This document shows, in pieces, positions 1-13,429 of a stretch of DNA of 64,000 bases. Position 1 is the first letter of the stretch. Each line of letters opens with the position of its first letter. The notes under the pieces are model-generated. The model was not told the origin of the DNA and made no database searches. It was given only the letters and a program-made list of their open reading frames with translations. Origin of the DNA: Spizellomyces punctatus DAOM BR117 (taxonomy: Eukaryota); the NCBI GenBank assembly GCA_000182565.2, contig KQ257457.1. One strand, given 5' to 3'. The position numbers and the translations under genes are program-made.

Positions 1-14
1 CCCCTTCCCCACGC

Positions 15-1247
15 ATGGCATCCGCTTGCACGACAGCTCCCGACAGCAAGATATACCTTTTTGGTGGTTACGCTTTAAAGGTCGATAACAACACGCAAGG
101 CCAGACGTTTGGCCCAATTGGAGATTTGTGGATGTTTTCAGGGAAGGATTGGTCATTACTGGCAGTTGAAAAAACAAACTCTACCACGGCTGGGACGAAC
201 ACACATCAGCCATCTGCTCGATATTTCTCGGCAGTAATATTTCCTGAATCTAGCAACTTTTTATTCGTCTATGGAGGGCTGGGCAAAGATTCTGTGATAG
301 CGACGGACGACCAGCTGTACACTTTTGATACCAGGCAGATTGGATTTGCAGATCCGGGTGGGACCTCGCCGCCAGGGGTTGGATGGGTGGATCCTCCTCC
401 GAATATTGTAATTCAAAAAGAGGATCAACAAAATGTTGCGTTACTCGTTGGATGTGTTGTAGGGGGTGCAGCAGCTTTAGCATTATGTGTGATGGGCATA
501 ACATCTTGCATCCTGATTCGAAAGAAGAAGAACCAGAAGAAAATGCTAAAACGACACGAGCATACACGAATGGCCTTGGACCAGGGAAGCCCGTCCATTG
601 AGAGAAGCCATTCTTGGATCTCTTCGGATCATTCGACTCCGAATCCGACTCTTTCCCGAGAGGAAAGACCACATGTGTTGGATGTCGACCTTGCACGTAC
701 TTACCGTGGAGCGACAGATGTTTTGCCACCTCCGGCGTACTCGGACGTTATCGATCCCGTCAGCACATCCACTGAGCGTGCTACCCCGCCGAGACATCTG
801 TCCATACCGTCTCCTTCATCTATCTCAGCAAGTCCAGCTTCTGGATCCACTTCATCTTTAACACAAAGTCGGTCCGTTCTTTCCGGCTTTTCCATTCCGA
901 GCACAGCTTCCAGCGATAGCTCGCCCGGTGATCTGATGATTTCACATGAGAATTACATACCACGTCTCTCTGACGAAATGAAGTTATCCGCTGGTGACTT
1001 TATTTGCGTACGGTAAGTATTATACTCGTTACCTGTTAGAACATAACCAAGGCGCCTCACTTGTGGTCATATGTTTCCCCCTCCGCTTTCCAGAAAGATT
1101 TATGAAGATGGATGGGCAGAAGGTCAGAATATTACGACTGGCGATGAAGGCTTTTTCCCGCATCAATGTCTCGACAAAACAAAAGGATATCATAGCTCAA
1201 GCACCTTGCTTGATAAAGATGCGGGTGCATTTGACGAAAAGATATAA
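15..1247 (+). CDS. Kelch-repeat / single-TM / C-terminal SH3 protein (3' part; likely starts upstream of window)
   Basis: Kelch-like IYLFGG and LFVYGG motifs and a TM helix (VALLVGCVVGGAAALALCVMGITSCILI) followed by a basic stretch. The SH3-like segment ENYIPRLSDEMKL...CVR is joined across a GT-AG intron (1013-1093) to KIYEDGWAEG...GFFP; stop TAA at 1245-1247. Confidence 0.7.
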
Positions 1248-1630
1248 ACGGGGCAAGGTAAAATTGACTGCCCAGAAGCGGATTTGAAGCATGTAGATCA
1301 GGGACCATGAACGGCTGGGCAATGTACAGAAGGCCGCCTTTGTTTCCTGAGGTAAAGGATGGGTCTTTGTTGATCTGCACAGACCCACTGGTGCCGAGCT
1401 TGTATTAAGCGCTTGTGAATTTATTGGTCCATTAATTGGCAACATACAAATATATGGTATATCTATCTACATGAATGTCATGTGAAATGTCATTGAATTT
1501 GGGCTCTGAATTTGGGAGCCGGCTAACTACATCCGACCTCATCCATATCTTCCGTGCGTGCGTTACAAGGCCCCTCCTGGGTCATTGTCCAAGTGATATC
1601 TTTGACGCTCATCCGATGGGTTGCGCTCAG

Positions 1631-4600
1631 TCATGACTGACATTCGGTACGATCAGGTAGCCGATTTGTATATAACCATTTGCCCAACATCCGATCGAGA
1701 TCTCGAGCTTTCACAGGTTTGCCCAAATGATCGGACATACCGCATTCCAGGCATCTGGCCTTATCCGATTCTAGCACATTGGCGCTCATTGCTACTATAG
1801 GAATGCGGGATATTTCAAAGTTTTCGGATGCTCGTATGCAACGCGTTGCTTCAAAACCATCCATTCCTGAACAAAGTTGGGGGTTACAGGTTGTTCGGAC
1901 ACCACCGACGTATCCGAAGCATACCAGGCATTTGACAATCCATTAAAATCAAGTCGAACTTTTCTGAACCTCGGAGAGCCCTCAAGACCGCATGGCCATC
2001 CTCAACCATGGTGAACTAAACAAAGTTAGGTGTTGACTTGGTTTAGAGTGCTGTGTGAAAGGAGCGCAATTACAAGCAGCACCACTGACCTTGATATTCA
2101 GTTTTTGGAGTAGCTTCGATGCTATCACTTGATTGATTGGATTATCTTCTGCGACAAGAACTTGCTTATCGGTAAAACTTCGTTGCGGATTGAATGGTAC
2201 TTGGCTCACTCTGCGAAAAAACAGAAAAAAAAAGGTAAATGATGAGACTGACAAAAGTAAGGCAGAGATCATGATCCCACATACGGTAGTAGATGTTCAC
2301 TCTGAACCGTGGCTGTGGGGAGTGGAAGAACAAAGGAGAACGTGGACCCTTCTCCCTCTGTACTCGAGACTGAGATCGTGCCACCCATGAGCTGAACTAA
2401 GCCTTTTGATATCGACAGGCCCAAGCCTGTTCCACCAAACCTCCGCGCTGTTGACGACTCTGCTTGAGAGAACGGCTGAAATAGTCTCTCCAGTACATCA
2501 GGCGACATCCCAATTCCCGTGTCCTCAACATCAAAGCGATATTGCTGTACGTGTTCACTACTGCTGTCTACTTCTGACAGCCGCACAGATATTCGTCCTT
2601 TGACAGGCGTGAATTTGATCGCATTGCTGTTGAGCCAATTCCAAGTCACTCACAGCAAGCACGGGAGTCAACGGGGCTGTTTGCATTACCTCATCAAATT
2701 GATCAACACTTGCCGAATCCTTGAGGCGTCACCTACAACATTTCCGAATGCTTGTAGCTGAATAATGGTATCCAGCTGAATATCCTTTTTCATAGCTGAC
2801 AGGGACAGAATCTTTATGACATCCGTAACCAGATTCGCGACATTGAATGAAACTGGGTCCATCTCGAGTTTTCCAGCCTCCACTTTTGAAAAATCCAAAA
2901 TATCGTTGATGACAGTTAGAAGACATTCCGCCGATAGGCGAATATTTGAAGCGTACTCTTGCTGCGTGATGTTTAGATCGGATTCGAGAAGTAGGTCAGT
3001 CATGCCGATCACCCCAGATATAGGAGTCCTGTCAAATCAGTGTGAAGTTAGTGGACATTCCAATTCTGAATGTTTTGTGATCCGAACCTGAGCTCATGGC
3101 TTTGTATGGAAGGAAAGAACCACATATTAACGATAAGGATCGCTGTAACCGCGAGTATCAGCAAGGTCATACCTCATCGTCGCTAAGAATTGTGACTTCA
3201 GCTTTGAAGCCTCCTGTGCCGCATTCTCCCTTGCAACCAAAGCATTGCGCTCCGTCAAACTTTTCTCCAAAGTTTTCTCTGCGGTCAGCCGCTCTGTGAT
3301 ATCTGTGCAGATTCCAATGACTCTAGTTTCTTCCCCTGGTGAAGATATATGGCTAAAATGGGTCTCGAACGAATGCCGCCCGACTTCAATGATATGAGTA
3401 AGACTTTCACCAGCGAAGGCACGTCTCACGCAATCATCTAAAGTCGGAACACTCCCAAAGAGGGTGTGGTAATGCTTATGCAGAACCTCTGGAGCTGACG
3501 TCCGCAATACCTGCAGTCCCTTCCCGTCGCACACTGTGATAATTCCTGATGAGGAGATGCACCATATGAACACTCCTAAGAGGCGGTTCAATGTGAGTGG
3601 CACTGCAGCAGAATTAAGTCCGTTTGAATTACATTTCACCTGGAAGGTTGCTGATGACATCTCGTAATCGTTGTTCCTGTTAATGCTAGTGAGTAACAGA
3701 TTTACGTGCAAACGAACATACGCAGAGAGTGTTCCTACCGCTTCTTCCGCTTGTCGACGGAGTCGTATTTGTTCTGTAAGGTCAACCGCAAATGCCACAA
3801 ATTGATCATTACATTCATCAAGTGGCGAAAGACCGATCAGCGTTGGTATTATAACGCCATCGGGTCGTTTCAATTGGTGTTCGAAGGTTCGTTTCGTCTG
3901 CGCTTTCATTGCAAGGGCTTCGGCCAGAATCTTGTCATCCACACTCAAGCGCAGTACATTTGGTTGCTCTTCTTTGGTCGGAAGTCCAGCATCGGACACG
4001 TCCCTGGGCTGTAAGCCCAACATCTCCAAGTATGCTTCGTTAACGTCAAGGCATTCCCCACTCGTACTGAATGTCATGACCCCAATGGGGCTCGACTGTA
4101 TGAGACGCTTGGCACGCCTTTCGCTTGCAGCCAAGGCTTGCTGAGCCAACTTTGTCGATGTAATGTCTGTACTAACCCCAACACATCCAGCAATTGTGCC
4201 TTTGTCATCCCGAAGGGGTGCCCAGCTATTGTAGAAAAAAAGGTCCATGACTGTCGTTTCTTCGCATATCTTTTCACCATGGTAAATGACCCTTTCTATG
4301 AGTTCCAATACTTTTGGATAGTCTTTGTAAACTTCCCACACTGACTGTCCAACGATTTCTCCCGGGCGAAGCCCAAGTGCTTGTAGGCCCTGACCATCAG
4401 AGAAGGTGAAATACCCCTGTGCATCCACTGCCCACACGATAACCATGGAATTCGATATGTATCTTTGAAGCTGCTCGTGAACTTCTTTTGCAATACGGAG
4501 GCTCTCTTTCTGCGCATGGATGTCTGTAAGTGTTCCGAACCATTTCTCTACCTGCCCAGTGTGATGGTTGATCACCGGAATACTCCGGCTCAGGTGCCAG

Positions 4601-6141
4601 CGCCATTGCCCTTCTTTGCTTTTCAGCCTCACCTCCGCTTCAAAACGTGTGCGAGTCTTCAAGCTTTCATTCCACGCGTTCCAAGACCACTTCATATCTG
4701 CTGGATGCGCGATATGACTCCAACCCCCCTTCTCCATCACTTCTTCTAGCGAAACGCCAGTGTTGGTCGACCAAGCACCGTTGGCAAATAGACAGCGACC
4801 TTCAGCGTCAGATACATATATGAGTTGCGGCAAAGCCTCGGCAAGCTGAAGGAAATCCGCATTATTTTCTTGCATATAACGGAATTTTTGGCGCCCTTCT
4901 TCGAGTAGAATGATTTCTGCATGAATGCAAGAATGAAATTCTATTCTGGATCAAGGAACAAACTTTGCCAAGTACTTACCCGTCACATTATGAACTATCA
5001 TTGTTGCTCCAATTGTATCTCCGCTTGAATCGACGTTAGGGGCCGCAACTAGCCAAAGATGCTTTCCAGCAATTGTCATCTTATAATCTCTAACGGTTTC
5101 ACCATGTAATGCTCGGGCGAGGGGAAATCCGGCAAGAGTCGGGCAAGGTTGGGCACCAACGGCTGCGAAGCTCTGCACTCTGTGGGGGTAACAATGGTGG
5201 CAACAGTACGCAGGTGCCCATCTTCGGATTGCCCCAACTATATGTAAACGGACACTTACAGCTGTTCTAGTGAGGACGGTACCATTGTCGTTTCAGATAT
5301 GCCACATAGTTCTTCTGTTTCTTTACTCATATATATGATTCCGTCCAAGTCACACGTCATCGCAGTTCTATTAAGTTCGGGTGGAAGTGCCGAGGCGAAG
5401 TAAGGGTTCGCCCGATCTATCCTCTCAGGACTCGGATTCATATCACCGGGCACTGTTGATTGATCATGCGTACAGGACTCATTCGATATCAAAGGGCGAA
5501 CCACCGCGTCAACCGGCGCTTCTTTGGTCTCCACGGCGGACCCGTCTCCGATTATGTCTTCCCGTAAGCCGGCCAGTTGCCGTGACAGCTTTCCAATAGA
5601 TATATATCCACTCAAGAGCAAGCCAACATGTTGAACGAAATGTGTTGCACGCGCGAGGTTTCGGCGACCCGGCCGAAACGCTTGTATGATCACCGTCCCC
5701 TCGACATCCGGTTGTACAAGTGCTAAAGTCGATGATAGCGGAAGAGCAGCTTGCCGCTTACGATCGCGTCCGTGTGCAAGCTGTCGAACGGTTCGCTTAG
5801 CCTCCGCTACAATCTCTCTCTGGCAGCCAAAGGTTTTCAACCGAACCGTTACAAGACTAGCTGTGGCTAAAAATCGAACGTGTTTGGCGAGCGTATCGGC
5901 TGTGTCCTGCAAGACCTGAGTGCATCTCGACGGGTCAAATGGCCGTGAGAAAAGGAAGTCTGCTACCGTGCTGGCCATAAACTCTCACCGTGTCCACTCT
6001 GGTAAAAGTAGACTTATCAGCAAAAGCATGTCCCAACCCCCTATGTATTTTCCAAAGGCGAGCCCAACAAATCCAAAGGTTCCGGGAGTTGCTTACCAAT
6101 GCACTGGTCACGAGATGCTCCAACGCCACGGGTCCGTTCAT
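1631..6141 (-). CDS. Hybrid sensor histidine kinase with multiple PAS domains, HisKA, HATPase and receiver domain (multi-exon)
   Basis: PAS/PAC repeats (HPAD...WFGTLTDI, VGVSTDIT), spliced H-box FLATMSHELRTP, N-box INL..NAIKFT, G-boxes DTGIGM and GGTGLGL, receiver LVAEDNPINQ...MDCQMP/MDGFEAT...KP. The 5' start is uncertain. Confidence 0.9.
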
Positions 6142-6317
6142 TGCACCAGCAGAGTGGAATAAGCTGTAGAACTGCAGTTGCCAGGTGATTGGGAATAACA
6201 ATGACAGTTTGAACAAACGGACTTGAACACTAGGATTTTTAACAAAGATCTGGAGATGATGGCTCCTGGGTGATAAACATGTACTGACATAAATACAAAA
6301 TACATAAAACATTAGAT

Positions 6318-7958
6318 TTACGAGGACTCGACTGGAATTTGGGGAAGGTCTTTGGCTTCAAGTTTATCTACGGGTTCTTCCACAGTGGAAGGTACAACTT
6401 TTGATTCGTTTATTTCTTTTGCTGGGACGGCGGGAACAGCGTCGGCGGTAGCCTCAACATCAGCGGCTGGCTTTTTCGTAGCATCCGCATCGACGTCTGG
6501 GGATTTCGTATCAACATCTGTACTCACAGGTGTAACTACAGTTTCCTGTGTGACGACTTCAACAGTGGCAGGGAGAGCTCCTGCGGGTGTTTTTGCGGGC
6601 AGAGGCGGAGTAGCTGTGGATCGAGCAAGAATCCATTCAGCATAGTCTGTCGCGATCTGATCACGCAACTCCGATTCAAAATGAACTATCAAGAGTAGAA
6701 ATATGTCAATTACGTATGAGATGACAAGACGACACAGATGAATAGCTTACGTTCATGGCGTGCATTATCGAAGAATTTGACAGTTTTATCGTCTGCAATA
6801 GAGTTTTTGATGAACAGCTCGCTAGCTTCGCAGCTAGTCAACTTATCAGTCCGCGAGTGATACAGCAATAGCGGATGGCTAAAGGTGGATGCCGTGTCCT
6901 CCACTTTCCTCCCATAAGTAATAAAGTCACGGAGTAGACGTATGGTCATAAAGTTGTGGTTATACGGGTCCTTTGAATACTCTTCGTGTAAACTGTGAGG
7001 ATTGTCAGCACCATTGGGCAAAGCGCATGGTCTTGGGGAAAAGGTGTTACCTGGGGTCCAAGATGTTATTCAATTCCATCGCGCCAGAAGGTGCTTGATA
7101 TCGTGGAAAGAATGAGGTACCCAGAGTGCTAATCGTACTAGAGACAAGAGATGGGAAGGATCTGGCCGTTCGAATGCAAGGGGCTGTTGACCATCAATCA
7201 GTCGCGGGAAAAAACGGAATTGAAGATGATCGCCCTACCTTGGACAACAATCCCTCTAAAATTTGGAATGCGTTGAGCGTGTAAATTGACCAAAGAGAGA
7301 GAAATCAAGCCACCCATGCTATGTCCAAACTACGGATGGTTGGGTTAATTCTTAGCGACCGAAATCGACGGGAATACGACTCACTTACAACAAATGTTGG
7401 AACTTCTCCTTTCTTGGGCAGTCCACCAATATCCATTTCGTTCAGCTGGAGCAGGTCTTCAAAGGTATTTTTAAACGTGCCCATGTATCCTTGCAGGGAT
7501 CCTCTTTCCAAATTTTTAAAGTGTGTCCTTCCATGTCCTCTTCAGAATTGCAAAAATATGAGACCTTTGTCATTAATGGTTCAGACCTGACAGCGCGCAC
7601 CTTTGGTCAATTCCACGAACCGCAATGCCCTTTGAAGCAAAAAAAGAGAAGAGTGGGTCGTATCGATTGATGTGTTCACCGAAGCCATGGACGGCGATGA
7701 CATTGGCGACGACAGTGGTTTCAGGCTGAACAAAGTGACAAAGAAAAAGTGACGCAAGCTGAGAAATGCATGGTTCAAGTAAGTGCAGACATTATTCAGC
7801 GGCAGTCTCACCTTCCAGGCTTTCCAATATATTTCCCATCCATCACGAGCTGTAAACCAGTTTCCACCACGCAAATCGGTGAGGTCAGGCAAGTCCTTCT
7901 TTCCAAGCGTAAGGTTCGCAGGACGCTCGCTAGTTGACTTTCGAGGAAGCGTCGACAT
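6318..7958 (-). CDS. Alpha/beta-hydrolase, monoglyceride lipase/lysophospholipase-like (multi-exon)
   Basis: Exonic HGFGEH...RY motif, nucleophile motif GHSMGG near 7305-7330, PLLLYHS..DKLT and ..ARHE catalytic Asp/His region. Confidence 0.8.
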
Positions 7959-8635
7959 GTTTTGACGACGAGAATGCCAGTGGAAATGCGACAGAGAATC
8001 CGATAGATAAAAGTGTCTATGATCGAAAAGTGTGATGAACCATCTAAAAAGAGTAAAGGGCACGCCTTTTGGATAGACTTGGGGATATGTTTGAAATGTT
8101 TGTGCTATTCTTGAAATAAAGTCAAAATGTCATACGGGGAATACAAAAACCGCTTTTCTCTTTTGGATAAGTGTTACTCGGCTATCGAGATCTTCCAAGT
8201 TTCCTACTGATAGTAAACAGACTGAGCGCCAATGGCCCAGAGTGGTACTAAAATTATTTACCCATTGGGGCGACCCGCAGCTGGGCACGCGCTGGCTGAG
8301 ACGACGTTTCCTATTCCATTCGCTCGCTTCAAAGCCGCGACTTGCACCCAATCCCATGCAGTTCCCATGTGACAACCCACAAAGGGCATTGTCTTTATTT
8401 AACACTTGCTTTTTGGATACGCGGTGTCCCGAAAGACGAAATCAGGATATGTGGATGGACGTCGACCGAAATATCGGTACGATACAAACAGCTCAGAGAC
8501 ACGCACACATACATGATCAACTTTCGAGTAAAAAATCATTATAGATGCTATCTATCATTCTGGAAAAGCATTAAACAACTATATGATACCTGTGGGCTTG
8601 CTTCAGATCTCCAATCAAAATCTTACAACTACTCC

Positions 8636-10214
8636 TCAAAGTCTGCCTAATAGAATTTCGCGTGGCTCCAAAGAAAACACTTTACCTGGGTTTAAAATGC
8701 CATTTGGGTCCAAGGATTTTTTCATCTTCCTCATGACTTCTACTGCCTGTGCACCAACCTCTAACGGTAGCAGCCCGATTTTGCCTGTACCAATTCCATG
8801 CTCGCCTGTGCAAGTTCCATCCATTTCTATCGCCATCCGAGCGTTTCGCTCCCGAAAGGCTTCCGCTGCCCGGACCTCCTCCGGATCATCGGGATCAATC
8901 ACAAGTAGCACATGAAAATTGCCATCACCGACATGTGCTAGAATAGTGGCATGCAACTTCGCCGCTGCTAAATCCTTACGGGTATTATGCAAGGCTTCGC
9001 GGATGCGAGAGATTGGAACGGCTACATCTGTGGTAAGAATTCGAAACTCTTTGTCTTTGTCGGTTCGTAAATGTCGAGCAGCAAAATAAGCTTGCTTGCG
9101 TATATTCCACAAACGGTCAGCCTCAGCTTTGTCCTCGGCAAACTTGAAGCTGCTTGCGCCTAAATTCTGACACAGCGATTTTATCTCTCCAGACTGGTCT
9201 TTGAGTGTGGTTTGGGACGAGGTGGCAAACTCGAAAAGGAGAGTAGTTTCCTCCCGCAACTGTTCATCTATGGGCCGTCCCATGTTGACCGATCTGATGG
9301 CAAATGTATCCATCAATTCTAACCGATGAAGAAGAATTCCGCTTTGCACAATTTGTTGAACTGCCTGAGCTGCAGCTTCCAGTTCTCCAAACTGACTCAT
9401 GGCCACGGCCATTACCTTTGGCACTCTTCTCAATCGCAGGGTTATCTGTGTAATCACACCCAATGTCCCCTCACTTCCAACAAATATACGAGTGAGATCA
9501 TATCCCGCACTGCTCTTCGTGGCGCGCCGTCGAGTACGTATCACTGTACCATCCGCCAAAACGACCCGCAACGAAAGAACATTTGCAGACATTGTTCCGT
9601 ACCTAGTAGCAGCGGCTGAGTATTCCGGAATAGAATCCGACCTAGGAGAGCACCAACCTCCACGCCAAAGTTCCGGAGCAGTTCGTCCCACACATGCCAC
9701 CGACGCAGGCAGCCGCGCCCGGATCAGGCGGGAAGAAAAGGCCCAAAGGTTCCAAGGCATGCTTTAGCTCCATCCAGCCCACTCCCGGTTCCACAACGCA
9801 ATCTAAATCATCTTCATGGATAGATACAATCGTATCCATGCGGGATACATCCAAGACAACACCCCCGGACCGTCCGGGAATGGTAGCCCCTTCCAAAGAA
9901 GTCTTGCCTGCGATCGGAATGACGGGGACTCCATATCTGTAAAAGAGTTCCAGTAAGATTACTTTAAGAACATGCTAAGTATAGGTTCAGATAATGTCAG
10001 ACGTAACGTACTTGTTACAAGTTTTCAGTACCATAGCCACATCGTCCTCCCCGTCCGCGTAACAGACGGCATACGGACGGCGGGGGGTGTGGTACGATAC
10101 ATCTTTCGATGCATAAACCAAGTCTCTCTCTTTTGAGCTGTACTTTTCCGTTCCAAGAAGACGAGTCAAGTCTGCCAGGCAGGATTCTACATTCGGAGAT
10201 CTCGGCGAGGACAT
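8636..10214 (-). CDS. FAD-linked oxidase, D-lactate dehydrogenase (cytochrome)-like
   Basis: FPPDPG, GYDLTRIFVGSEGTLG, HVGDGNFH, GTCTGEHGIG, DPNGILNPGK motifs of the FAD_binding_4/FAD-oxidase_C family; 2-3 introns. Confidence 0.9.
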
Positions 10215-10760
10215 GGTGTCCTGTGCAGATCCACAAACCAGGGGAATACATGAAGCCGAAGCCACGGTCCAAGGTCAGGTATGATCACGTGCATTGCTTG
10301 GTAATCTGAGCTCCGACAACGCATCCCGGAGGGTAGTGCCCACGTTTGCGTTCTGATGCAGCAACGTTTGTCAGCCAAATACTAGACGAGCTTTGCCATC
10401 TCGAGCACCAATTAGTATCGTATTGTTTATTGTTCAATATATATCCCATTTTTAGTGCATGCTCGAGACCATTATGTAAGCAGCGCAAATGTCCGATGGT
10501 TCTTGGTCGAAGTCGTCGTTGCATAAGGATCGAGTAGCTATTTATGGCTCAAATCATGATCCTTACTGGATATCTGCGCCTACCAGTTCAATCGTCTGGA
10601 ACGTGCCAATTTTACCGATCTGTAATGCTCCTATAGACACGGTCACACATATTGCTCTTGCCTCCCTCCACGACATCCATCGAGGTCATGCGAGATCGCC
10701 GTTCTCAGATTTTATTTGACACTTTACCGATAAAGCGATACACATAGTCCTGCTTTCTCC

Positions 10761-13280
10761 ATGGAGCTTTTAGAATCTGACACCCTTTGGGACCCATTGC
10801 TGGCACTCCAAAAGTTTCCGCGCTACGATTCCGAATACTCTGCTTCAGGCCGGAGCGATTCGCCTAGTCCGACGCATGTCAGTCCAACATTTTCGCCAAG
10901 CTATGAGCCACGAACACCTGTGGACTGTGTTGGAGTCTTACCGTTGATCTTGCCTCCTGCAACGATGTGTTTGTCTAGATCGTCCGCCGCCCGAGGAGAG
11001 GAGCAGGAGGGGCATTTGTTAGCTGACGGAGGCACCCGAACGTCATTGGGCACGATTGAAGAGGTGGAGAAGGAAACCGCTAATGGTACAGTTGATACGA
11101 ATGGCGGAAGCGCTGGAACGTCTGATGCGGTGAACATCGGCCAAAATACAGAAATCGAGAGACAAATGCAAAAATTAGATTCCAGCCTGCATGATTCGCA
11201 TCGCATGCCCCCCGTACCTGAACCGTCTACCTATATCTTTAGCCCCGCGTTTTCAACAACAGGTAGAAAGCATACCCTCCTCCAACGTCTTTTCCACCGA
11301 CATGATGCACTCGAGGTGCCAGACGAAATTGTGGTTGGGCGGACCTCATCGTCTGGGGACTTTCTCACGTTCAATCACCATGGATTGCCAAAACGAGAGG
11401 GAGACATGCTCTGCAAGGATGATGTTGACACCACCCGTAAAGAGGATTCAGATGACGGTGACAAGGATAAAGAAAAAGAACATGAAAAAGAAAAGGAAAA
11501 AGATAAAGAGGAAGTTCAAGAATTTATCCATCTTCTCCATTATCCGGGTTCCATTCACAGCGATCACGTCCTTCCACCCCCACCACAACGCACGCCAAGT
11601 AAAGCAGAGCAACTCATTGGTAAGCTCTTTCATCTGAAATCTAGTATGGACGAGGACCGCGATAAAGAGCGTGGAAGAGGAAGGGATAGAAACCGAGAGA
11701 GCAATCCAACATCCCCACAAGACCAAAATGGTTTCTTTCTTCCTGTCTCCGTTGACGAGAAGGATATTATTACCAAATCCAGCTCAACATCACCGCCACA
11801 AGACCGTACCATTTCCCGAGGCAACAGCTTTACGCGGGCCCGTCGGTCCAATTCTTCGAGTTCACGTACAGCAGCACCGGTCGGTGATGATGCAAGCTCG
11901 ACGACGCCCGGTGGTTTATTCAAGGATCTGATTTCAACCAGACATCGGCGTGCGACATCAGCGACGTCACCACAACGGGGCAACGTTTCTGATCTTTCCG
12001 ACAATGAGGCTCCAAATCCAACGTCGGGAGGAGCAACACCTACACGGCAATCATCCATTAAACTCAGTCGAAGTCAATCCGATGCATCCATGGCAGAAAA
12101 GTATGGAAGGGTGGCCAGGAACGAGGTACTGGGGAAAGGCGCCAATGCAACAGTGAGACTGGTAAGTCACTACTTCACATGGTGTCGTTACGAATGTATT
12201 CTAACCGTTTTTTCTGAAATTCGCTTTAGGCACATAAAACGACAGATTCCCCAAACCAATCGCAGCCTGCTGAAGTACTCTACGCGGTCAAAGAGTTTAG
12301 AAAGCGCAGAAAAGATGAAACGCAACGAGAGTACATCAAAAAGGTCATAGCCGAGTTCTGCATTAGGTGGGTACCACATCTTTTGATCGTATTGATCGAC
12401 ACCGGCGTGGCTAATGCGACAAGGTGCTGTAGTTCAAACATGCACCATGAAAACGTGATACAAACGGTTGATCTAATTCAGGACGAGGTAATGGGACAAC
12501 GGTGTACTTCCATGCGTTCTGTGCGCTAAAGTTCATTCGCTTCAATCTCACCGTAGCGTGATCGATGGTGCGAAGTGATGGAATACATGCCCGGCGGAGA
12601 TCTGTATACTCTCTTGTCATCGGGGACTCTCACCGACCCCGATGAAATACATTGCTTCTTCAAACAGCTCATGAATGGCGTTGCGTACCTACATTCGGTC
12701 GGGGTCGCTCACAGGGACTTGAAGCCGGAAAATCTGTTGCTGGACGGAGATCTGAGAGTGCTTAAAATCACAGATTTCGGTGGGTAATTCATTCCACACA
12801 GAGATATGATGGATCTGCCTTTTTACTCAATTCGAATCAAATGTAGGTGTGTCAGAAGTCTTTCGAACGTGCTTTGAAAAAAACCCTCGAAAGGCTACGG
12901 GTGTTCACGGTTCAGAACCGTATATTGCTCCGGAGGAATGGTCATCCGTTCTTTACGACTCCTCGAAAGCCGATATTTGGGCTTGTGGCATTATCTTCTA
13001 TACGCTACTACACACATCCATTCCCTGGCGAGTGGCAAAACCTCCAGACCCACATTTCTGCAAATACCAAGCATTCTTAAAAGGGCGGAATAGGCCCAAT
13101 CACGGATATCCCCCCTTCGATCGCACTGCACCCGGACCCCGAACAGCCCTGTACAGAATGTTGGACCCCGATCCTAACGAAAGATGGGCGGTTAACGACG
13201 TTCTGGAGGATGAATGGTTCAAGGGAGTTGAAGCCTGTAAAGAGGGAGTGCCGAAGCATCGACACGGAGCAAAAGACTAG
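10761..13280 (+). CDS. Ser/Thr protein kinase, fungal HAL/NPR (Hrk1/Sat4-like) family
   Basis: Long S-rich N-terminus, then [22 protein letters not shown](V)SEVF and GSEPYIAPE across introns. Confidence 0.88.
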
Positions 13281-13429
13281 GGATGTTATAAGCGTCTCTT
13301 TGTACAGTAATTCAATCTATTTACAATAGCACAAATCGATGTTCTGCGCATTAATCTAAACCTAGACGTAACCTATAGTCATACATACAGATGACTCGAA
13401 TACGCATGTCATGAATTTCAGCCCATATG

